The notes beneath the pieces were generated by a model. That model was not told where the DNA came from, made no database searches, and saw only the letters and a list, made by a program, of their open reading frames with translations. Of a DNA stretch of 64,000 nucleotides, positions 53,717 through 64,000 are shown piece after piece. Origin of the DNA: Chrysomallon squamiferum (lineage: Eukaryota > Animalia > Mollusca); contig CM022669.1 of NCBI GenBank assembly GCA_012295275.1, positions 7,936,001 to 8,000,000 of the forward strand. Reading direction: 5' to 3'. The position numbers were made by a program, and so were the translations under genes. Position 1 is the first letter of the stretch, and each line of letters begins with the position of its first letter.

Positions 53717-54863
53717 GTTTCTTTTCTTTCAGTGGATTTTTTTTTATCATTATTAATCTTTAAAAAATATATTTTAGGGCATTTGGGGTTGATATTGTTT
53801 TATTTATTTATTTACTTACTTACTTTTAATTATTATCTTCAAATGTTTTAACTGACAGTGTCATGAAACATTGTTAAAATATAATTCTAATCAAGTTCAC
53901 ACTGAATTCTCAAAAGTTAATATCTGAAGACTGTTCAAGCATGTTATAAGCATGAATCACAACAGTGAAACATTGTATTAAAATTAATATTTTTAATAAT
54001 TTTACAGGTAAGAGGTGTAACTGTGTTTAACACTGTTGATTATATTACAGGTGAGCGACCATTTCCTTGTACTTGGCCTGGATGTGAAAAGAGATTTGCT
54101 CGGTCAGATGAACTTGCAAGACACATACGAACACACACAGGTAACATTTCAATGCATTTCTTTCTCCAAAGAACAATAGGTTCAACAATCAACTCTCCTT
54201 CTGTAAGCTAATAAATATTCATAATTAATTCAGTTTGAATTTGTAAACATGAGGATAAATTAATATTTAAAAAATGACATGTAGTAACTGATAATCGCAT
54301 TAACTAAGATAAATCTAGTTGTACCAGAGATTTAATTCACTGAGTGCAAAGATTGAGAATGAAAAAGACAGCATGTGAGAGAAAATAAGAAAATGAATAT
54401 AACAAAGAATTTCTGAAAAACTATTAGGAATACAATACTTATTTATACATTTTTTTTTTGTCATATTTATTTATTTTATTTACTCATTCATTTGTTTATT
54501 TATTTTTTATTATTATTATTATTTTTTTTTTTTTTTATTATTTTTATCAATTTATTTGTAGGAAAATAGATACAAAATATCATAGTCTGCATTAGGATTT
54601 ATTCTGAAGCTATATTTAACAGATAAACATTCCATTGTTCCATGCATCCATTTATGCATGTACTAAACTTAATTCAGTTCATTCTAATCATTTGCTTTAC
54701 CTTTTATGCATCTCATATTAATAAGGGAGATAACTGGCCCTGAGACAGACTGGTTATTCTTTTCCTAAGTACTGTAAGGTATCATAAAATATATTTTTTT
54801 AAAAAGAAATTAAATTTAAATACAATTGTCTAAAAACATTTGAATGTGCATTTGTTTTTAATT

Positions 54864-54924
<61 letters not shown>

Positions 54925-55155
54925 ATTTTTATTCATTCATTCATTCATTCATTCATCCTCTATTTTCCAGGTGAGAAGAAGTTCTGTTGTCCTATGTGCG
55001 AGAAGCGCTTTATGCGTAGTGACCATCTCAACAAACACGCCAGACGTCACCCTGGCTTCCAGCCAGAGATGCTAAAAAAGGGTGTGTCCTTGCCAAAGGT
55101 TGAGGCCACAAGTGATGGACTTTCTGACCAGTTCAGTCCTGAAGCATCTCCTTGA
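49024..55155 (+). CDS. Kruppel-like factor of the KLF9/13/14/16 (BTEB) subgroup, ~260 aa
   Basis: Exon 49024-49531 carries the Sin3-interaction motif AAECLVAMS and ZF1 ([25 protein letters not shown]). Exon 54051-54140 carries ZF2 ([30 protein letters not shown]). Exon 54971-55155 carries ZF3 ([34 protein letters not shown]) and the TGA. Confidence 0.95.
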
Positions 55156-57999
55156 ATTGAAAAGAAGTAAAACTGAAGTATCATCCAGAGATAGGCATAG
55201 AGTGGAAATGTACATCTGATCATTAAAATATTTTTTTTACATAAAATTAAGAAATGGATACTGAGGGTACTGTACAATATATTTTTTATTCTGAGATGGG
55301 TACAGATAATACTAAAATTCTAGACTTCAAACTTAACAGTGTGAATTTAATTTAAGTTTCAAAATATGCTAATGTATATTTCCAAACGATTGTGTTACTT
55401 GTTTCTTTTACTGCTAATAAAAGTATGACATATAATGCAATCAAATGAAGAAATACAAAATATATTTTTAAATTATTTATTTATATCACCATAGCTCTTC
55501 TTTTTCAAAAGTGAATAGCTTGGTTCATTTGTAGGCCAGTCAAAGCCTTTTGTCTTCAGCAGTGCTTGATGTTCAGCTGAGAATGTGCAGAAATTGACAA
55601 TCTGAATAATTTGTTTGGTTTAATATGGCTGACAATTTACCTCTGTTATTTTTTACACTAGTAACTCAATTTTGCTGTTTTGTAAACATTGTCATTGACC
55701 AAAGGTTTTCAAACAGTGGTGTTCAAGTAGCCACCAAGTAAACAAACTTCTGTTATGACAGTTGCAAAAAGTAAAATCAGTATTATTAAGACCACATAAA
55801 GGTTGATAATTATCTTCTACTAACTCCTAAAAAATGGCTCCAAAAATGTTCTTATCCTTTTTTCTATTTTATTTTCAAAAATTTTAATTTTGCTTTATAT
55901 TTTTTATTATTAAAGCAGTGTGCACATTTTGCTTACATATTAACAGACAATAATCAGGTTGCTGTATTGATATTTAGAAAGATATATGCATCAACAAAAT
56001 ATTTCTCCAAGGGATACAGTTAGAAAAAGTTTTATAACGCTGTTATAGACAATAGTAACTGACAGCTACCAGTGATATTTGTGATTTGTTAATAGTAAAA
56101 AAAAAAAAAAAAGCAATTGATGTTAATTGATCCCTGTTAATGGCAAATAATCAAAATTTAATGTTTAGTTGGTGTAAATATAAATGTAAAATACACTGCT
56201 TAAAGAGAATGCATCCAGTAGGTGATGGCTGTTACAAAATCAGTTTTTATATTTGTTTACTGTTTCTAAATCACATTGATCTCATACACATCTCATTCTT
56301 GTGACAGTTTTTTCACGAATTTTTGTACTCCCCCTTCTCAACCATATAAAAATTGTTATTAGATTAAATTTTTGTTATGTTCAATTAACATTTCTGCTTC
56401 TGAACTATCTCTGAATCTCATTGTGAATTGCATTTATTTTGTTGCACACAGATTGTGTCCATTTCATTTTGAGTTACTTCCCTTTTCCAAAGCAGGGCTT
56501 TAATTCCCATGTTAACAATGCCAAATATCTGCAGCTTCGACTGTATTTTTATTATATTTATTATGATTCCATTTGTATTTGTGATGTGTAAAATTTTCTT
56601 GTAAAATACACAGCAGAATTTGAGCTGTAATAATCTTAATTTTATCATTGTATAGGCCTTTTTTTTTTTTTTGTTTTTTGTTATTATTTTTTTTTTTATT
56701 AATTTATTTTATTATTATTATTATTATTATTATTTTTATTTTTTTATTATTATTATTATTTTATTTTTATTTTTATTTTTATTTATTTATTTATTTTTTT
56801 TTTTTTTTTGGTTTATATAAAAACTGTAAATATGATTTGCTTTGCTGTTGATGTTTGTATTGGTTTAAATTATTCACCTCCATCTCTCAGCAAATAATGT
56901 GCCTGTTTTTAAACACTTTTCCCACCTTAGTATCATTAAATACGTACTTGTTGTTTTTAATCCATCTATTTTCATTTTTTGTGTTTAAAGTGAGAACACA
57001 CTTATATGTAGCCATTAGATGATAACTTTTTTCTTACTGCTTGAAACGTTTTATTTCTTGACTTATGCAAGACTATATAAATACAATGTTTTGCTAGAAC
57101 ATTAGAATGAGAATATATATTTGAATTTATGATGAATAACTGTATGAAAGCGAGGTCCATAGGAGTGGAAGTAGAAAGACAGAAACTGTAATTTTATTGA
57201 ACTTTATTTTTGAAGAAAATCTAAGTCATAGTCGCATCAGTTTTTCAAGATGGTAAATGTATAATTTTCAGGTGTAAATATAAAATAAGGGAAAATACAT
57301 TAGCACAATATTTTCTACAAAATTAAAAAAAAAAAAAAAAAAAAAAACTATATGGGTCGGGGCATATAAAATAAGTAATAAACTAAATCTCATGTTAATT
57401 TATATTCAGAATCTCAAAATTTAAATGTGTTGCTAGGATAATATTTGGATTTGAATTTGTTGCCATGGTACTGGTCAGAGAAACCCTGTTTTCATCTTTA
57501 TTTGTAAATGTGTTTTTCTTTTCTTTTTCTGTTCACGTTTTTTTAACTTTTTGTTTTCATCCACAGGATACAGAAAATGCTTGTTGACATAGCAAACTTA
57601 CTCTCATGCGTTTGATTGAGATATGTGTATATGTGTACTGAATTTATTACGATATTAGAGACATTTATTTCTCATTAGTGTTTCGTGTCGTTTTTGTTTT
57701 CTTGCTTGGTTTGTGTGCACAAAATAGTGACAAAATACAGTGTTGTGATGTAGAAATTGTGTTTTTGAAAAATGTTTTTGACATTGTGATAATAAAAGCT
57801 GTTGTCTACCTATCGGTTACATATTAGAAGAGTGCTACAAGACAGTTCTTTCAGATCTTTTTTTTTTTTAATTATTCTTTCACCAAGCTGATATTTTAAT
57901 ATAAATTTTTGATTATATAAAATAGATGGCACTGAAACCCTGTGCTCAGTTTTGGACCCTGTGGGCCACTTATGAAAGCAATTTGTTAGTGATTATGCA

Positions 58000-58020
58000 A
58001 TAATTATTATAATTATAATA

Positions 58021-58089
<69 letters not shown>

Positions 58090-58090
58090 T
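58000..58090. repeat. (ATT)n microsatellite; similar runs at ~39145-39207, ~53670-53717, ~61240-61293, ~61930-61985 and ~63270-63378
   Basis: Read directly. Confidence 0.9.
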
Positions 58091-61000
58091 GTTATACACC
58101 TAAAAAAATAGAATCCTATTTGGCATCTTATTTATATTTGTTATCTTTGGACATATTTCCAAAATAAGTACGTATGTTAAATTGTTATTTAATTCTTTAG
58201 AAAATATTTCCCTTTCCCTGAATATATCTTACACATGGGTAGACATGCCTATCTCAGTTATTTTTTTAAAAATCTTTTTTAAATATGTTATGTTTTTGTC
58301 TATTAACATGTTAGCATATATCAGTTGCCCTTACATGTAAAATAATATTTATACTTACATGGAAAAAATATTATATTTGTTTATCTAGTGTGATATATGT
58401 TAATAGCAATGTTTATTTTACATTACTTTTTTGTTTTATTTGAGTGGTTACACAAGATTCAGACTTGCAATTCACAGTTTCTACTGTTAGTCATTAGAAG
58501 AAGTATTTTTTTATAGTTCCTCAGTCTGATTAGCATTTTTGAAATAAAAATCTTTTTTCAGCTGATGTGTGGAACAGTTTGAAGTTCCAAAACTCGGCAT
58601 AAATTTCAGAATTGTAATGTGGGAACTTTAAGCTATAATACATTTATTAAAAATTTAAAAGTCAAGAATACTGGTTCAGTTCACCTCAGAGGCAGAAAGT
58701 GGTTGTACTTTGAAAACAAATGACAAAAACTTTTAATAATGTATTAGGTAAGTTTTGATCTCTATATTTAAAATTAAAATTAAGACTGGTTTAAATTAAA
58801 ATGGCAGTGTGTTATTTTATATGTAATGAAATGTTTTCTGTTGAATATTTAACAGTTAGAAAAACCACTGAAAAGTAACGAACTTAAAAGTGATCTCCTC
58901 ATTTTTATTTTTTAAATCAATATTACTTACACATTCACAGTCATCCAAATAACCACTGTAAGCAGTAAAATTCAAGTATTTTTATTTTATTTATTTTATC
59001 TTGTAATTCCTTTCATTGCTTTGTTTTGTTATTTAATAAGTATTTATATTTTTTGCTCCTTCCACTATTTTTATTTTTTTAAATTTTGACTCCCATAGTG
59101 TGAGAATACATCTGTGTTTTGTTACCTTTCATATGATATGTACATAGTGTGATATAAGATTTGTTGATGTTTATTGCATAGTACATCTGTCACATGAAAA
59201 ATATAACTTACAGAAAGCCAGATTATTTTTTATTAGAACAGATCAAAAATAAAAATAAAAAATATTTCTTGTGTCATAACAGATGTTTTGAAAAATTTTA
59301 GTTGAATAAAAAGAGAAATTTTATGATACAATAGTTGGATAAATATAAATTTTATATTATATAGTTGTTGAATAAAAATAATTAAATAAAAACTGATGTT
59401 TAACATTATCACTGTTGAAAAGAATATTTTAACTTTTTCCACTATGCAATAGTTTTTGTTACTGTTTTTGGAATGCATAAATGCAAAGAATATTTGAATC
59501 TTCATTTATAAAAACCTTATTCGAAAAGGTACATTTTATAATTAATATTTTTGCAAATTGAATTTAGAAATAACAATTTCCATAAAAAAATAAAATTTGA
59601 TATGCAAATTATTTGCAATCCTTTGTTTTTCATTTATCAATTATAAAAAAATATTTAACAGTTGTCCATAAATCCTTTTCTGTTTGTCATCACATTTCTT
59701 GATATGGTTAACTTCCAGGAAATGGTGTTTTTTGTTGTTTTTTGGAAAGATGCTACTAGAAAAGTGTCATTATTTATTGTTGAAAATGTATATAGGAATA
59801 TATATTTTTACAAATGTCACAAGACTTACATTGTATTTATACAAAATGGATTATTTCATATCCAAAGCTCTTTTGTTTTTATTGCATTACATTGCTGAAA
59901 ACTGTTTATGCTTTGTTGCTACACATTTAGAGCTGGGTTTTTTTGAACTGACAAAAATGGGATGATACTGCACGTAGGATATTTATCATTTTAAGACACA
60001 GGTTATGTGTTTTCAAAATTAAACTGAAATGATCACAAAATGTTCTAACAAACAAAAGTGAAAAATAGATTTGTTTACCTCAATGCAGTGCATTTTGATG
60101 TCTTTAATACATTTTTTTTTCAGTTTCACTAACTTATTTAAGAATTATATTTTTTAATATCACTTTTATTTAATTATAAAATCATAATTTCATTTTCAGT
60201 CATATTATTATAATTATTATTATTTTATGTCTTGTGATAATGTACATTTCAGATTTCCATCTATCTATATATGTATATATATAAAACAAGACCAAAACAA
60301 CAACAAAAACAGGGTAGCTAGATTTTCGATCATATTTAAAGCTTCAAAAATGTATTTTGGGTCATGTACAAATTATCTAAATATTTTTTGTACACATTCA
60401 AGCTGGTTTCATTTCTGGTGACTAATTTTTGCAAATAAAGTGAAACAGTAATGTCATGGGTTTAGGAGGCTGATATTTTTGCTTTGTCAGCAAAGTGCCA
60501 ATTCCAAGACAAAGACTTGAAAATGTATTTGTGTCATTTTTTAGTACAGCAAAGGTACACATTCATTTTTACACAATTATAAAGTTTATAAATATAAATA
60601 ATTTTTTTTTTTTTTTTTCATACCATTTTGATTTTGTTGTTAGTAATTGTAATTTAAATCTTCAGAAAATGACATCTCCATTTGTATAGATCAGTTAAAT
60701 CAACAGTTAGAAAATAAGATTACTCATGAGTGCCAGTATGTTGAAAATAACTGTGTGTGTGTATAATATGTATCTATAAAAATTTTATTGTGAACTTTGC
60801 CTTAGTAAATATTAATTGGTAATGTTGGGTATCATCATTTCATTGTCATTCATGAAAAAATAATGCTTCTAAAACATAAAAATAATAATACTAATTAATT
60901 CTGTTCTGTAAGACTGATATTCTGTATATTTTTTTTTTTTTTCTTCTTTGTAAGCATTTTGCTTTTTGATAAACATTACAAGTGAAATCTCCAACACTTT

Positions 61001-61240
61001 GAACGTTTTTATTTATTTACTGAACAGAAAGAAGACTTATTTGTTCTGTAGAAATGTAAAAATATGTTTTGTTTTCTTCTCATTCTTTGCCTGAACATGA
61101 CATCATAATTTATTTTATGGAAATTTCAGTATCGAATAAAATAAAGTTTGAATAACTGACTGTGTTTGTTTTTATATGAATATTTAAGTTAAAGAAAGAA
61201 AAAAAAAAAAAAAAAGGAACTAGACCACTGGTGTTATTAA

Positions 61241-61293
<53 letters not shown>

Positions 61294-61767
61294 CGGCATA
61301 CGTACTAATTAAAAAAAGTAAACTAACAATAATAAATTATTGAATAATAATAAGTATTCTAAGAATCGAGTCAGTGCATGCGTTATTTAAAACAGATAAG
61401 CTATATAAAATAACGTATTTACTTTTTCAATGCCAGAACAATTTCTTTCGCATCATATAAATTAAAAGCAGATATTCCAAAGCGCCTCTATTTTGAACTT
61501 AACCTATCGGCAGACGATAAATTCAGTATGTCGTTTTAGTTCGCGCTTTAAGGGGAGATAATGCAGGATAGCTACCCTAAAGCCAAACAGCCAGCAGAAT
61601 TTACTGTACAAGTATGTTTTAATTAAGTATTAGTTCAAATGACATTATTTCCACGCCCCCTAATACATATAAATAAAACAAAAAATTAACCCCAGGGAAT
61701 AACACTTACAATCTTGTATACTTTTTGATGTGAGTTCATGCGCGTTGTCTGATAATTACTTTTTACT

Positions 61768-61805
<38 letters not shown>

Positions 61806-61941
61806 TGTAAGATTCCCTAAGGCACAGTTGCGAAAGTGTGTGAATATTTTAAGCGACGGAAGTACAAATTCGAATCAGTGTAAAAATGCACCTTCATCAT
61901 TATCATCATCAGTAATAATAATAATAAATATTATTATTATA

Positions 61942-61986
<45 letters not shown>

Positions 61987-63910
61987 TTGATAAATAAATA
62001 ATTAGAGGGAATTGTTGGTTTGTTAGGCTTTAGTTTTATTTGCTTTTATTTACCGCCCCACAAAAAAAAAATATAAAAATAAACCGTACAGGCAGCTAAG
62101 GTGCGCATACTCCAAAAGGAATATATACTTCATATAATAAATAAATAAATAAAATAAAATATCAGTGCCAAAAAAAAAAAAATATATATTTATTATGATA
62201 AATATCACATTCACATATCAGTATCCAGAAAGTGTTTTAGATATTTTCTTTACAAAAATATTTTTTTTATTATTGAAAATTAGTAATTTATGCATACACA
62301 CAACACACAAACACATACCCAGAAACTAATACACATACACATTCATGTAGTTACATACAACACATATAAAAGCACACTTACACAAATAACAATCACGAAT
62401 TGTGTATTACATACTCTGGCCACCTGTAATGAAATATGATAACAGGAGATATACAAATATTACAAGACAGCGGGTCAGCAGGTATGTGGAAGAATGCAAC
62501 AGGCGGGGAACTGGACATTATAACTGTTACAAGATCAGTGTTTGCTTGTCCAGCGAACTGCCCGGAAACAAAAGAAAGAGAAATCGTTGCTCCTTGGGGA
62601 TTGTTGGACAAACAGGATATAATTAAAATTATCATGACATGATTCGGCGGAAAGGTATTTCACATACACTTAGCAATTACATTCAGTATTGTACCTACAC
62701 CAGCTTACAGAAAATAAAGATTTCAATAAAACTGTTTAATTCAGTTTGTTTGGAATGTACTTTCATTATTTACTTTTATCCTGTCTCTCATTTTCAATCT
62801 ATTCCTCCTTCTGTATTTCTTTGTATTATTTTTTTTCTTCTCTTTTGACTTTTCTTTTCATTCTATCATTTTCTCTTCTTTGTTCTTTTCAAAATTTTCT
62901 CTTTTCAGTTTTCTCTATTTTTCTTCCTTGTTTTCGTTTTTTTCTTTTCTTTTCTTTCAATCTTTTAATTTTCTTTAAAAACGTTTTGCCGTAATTTCTA
63001 CTCTATTTGGTATAGATAAACTTCAACTTGAATTATTGTTTTAATAAATAAAATTATTAATTTGTTGACAAAAACAAAAAACTGCAGAGTATCTGATAAA
63101 ACATATTTCTCTGAAAGGAAACAAATACACAGAAATTATTTGTTATTAAACTGTAGTTACAATAATGAAGTAATAATTATATTTGTTCAGTTGTTGATGT
63201 TTTTCTTACACGTAAACTAATAAGAATTCTTTTTTTAGTAAATATGTAGTTATTATTTAAAAATATTTTTACTACTACTATTATTATTATTATAATTATT
63301 ATTATTATTATTATTATTATTATTGTTATTATTATTATTATTAGTAGTAGTAGTAGTAGTAGTTGTAGTAGTAGTATTATGAAACTAAAAACGAATGAAT
63401 AAATAAATATTCATAACTAAAATCAGTAACTGACATTTAACATTTGTTCCAAAACAATGCTTTATCGTTTTTTCTTTTATCTTTTTGTTTGTTTCTAAAA
63501 TTTACTTTTTAAAATTCGAAAAGATTTTAATGTAAATTAACATACATAACTAATTATCAAAATCAAATAAAAAAAAACTGTTTTGTTTTAAATATCAATA
63601 TTTTCTTAATACAATTATTTTTTGTTTAGCTATTACTACTATTTCTCTAGAATATAAAATATACAATTTATTTCAAATATCCTTTTAAAAAAATAAATTA
63701 ATAATAAATAAAACGATACATATATATTTATATATGTGTATATATATAATTATTTTCTTTACAGCTTTTATTTTCGTTTATTTATTTATTTGTTTATTTA
63801 TTTATTTATTTATTTATTTCTGAAAAACAGCTAAAATAAATATATAAACACACACACATATGTATATTATTACAATATAATATTATTGTTTGTTAATGTT
63901 TTATTTTGCG

Positions 63911-63941
<31 letters not shown>

Positions 63942-64000
63942 GGCAAAATAAAACGCAAAATAAAACCTTGTTTGTTAAGGTTCTATTTTAATATATATAT

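Noticed and set aside
1-55155. U12-type (AT-AC or GTATCCTT) introns and intronic snoRNAs
   Set aside because: All assembled introns have ordinary U2-type GT-AG ends, and no convincing C/D box pair with a terminal stem was seen by eye.
55153-55170. Possible stop-codon readthrough of KLF (TGA ATT GAA AAG AAG TAA)
   Set aside because: The context is not the leaky TGA-CTA type, the extension is only 5 residues, and no supporting structure is seen.

Overview
Very AT-rich, microsatellite-dense eukaryotic (animal) genomic DNA with short GT-AG introns. It is probably a lophotrochozoan such as a mollusc, an inference from gene style and SINE remnants. Seven multi-exon protein-coding genes can be assembled by hand: (1) the 3' ~1850 codons (27 exons, 1-16371, +) of a giant uncharacterised single-pass membrane protein with a long cytoplasmic coiled coil and a degenerate HExxH-like domain; (2) CFAP141/C1orf189 (-); (3) RBM8A/Y14 (+); (4) SPAG8 (-); (5) a compact FAM184-like gene (+); (6) an unusual 14-exon gene joining a divergent perilipin/PAT-like N-terminus to an acidic/basic 'EDPDYEP' region (+); (7) a KLF9/13/16-type Kruppel-like factor (+). 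No prokaryotic systems, rRNA, intact tRNA or CRISPR were seen. The best oddities are a 168-bp hAT (Charlie/Buster-type) MITE carrying a 53-bp copy of SPAG8 exon 1, a candidate mutually exclusive exon in CFAP141, the PAT+Org-like protein, an RRDD-repeat tail on Y14, and two single-base frameshifts at A-runs that are probably assembly errors. Homology calls are from recollection of family motifs, not database searches.
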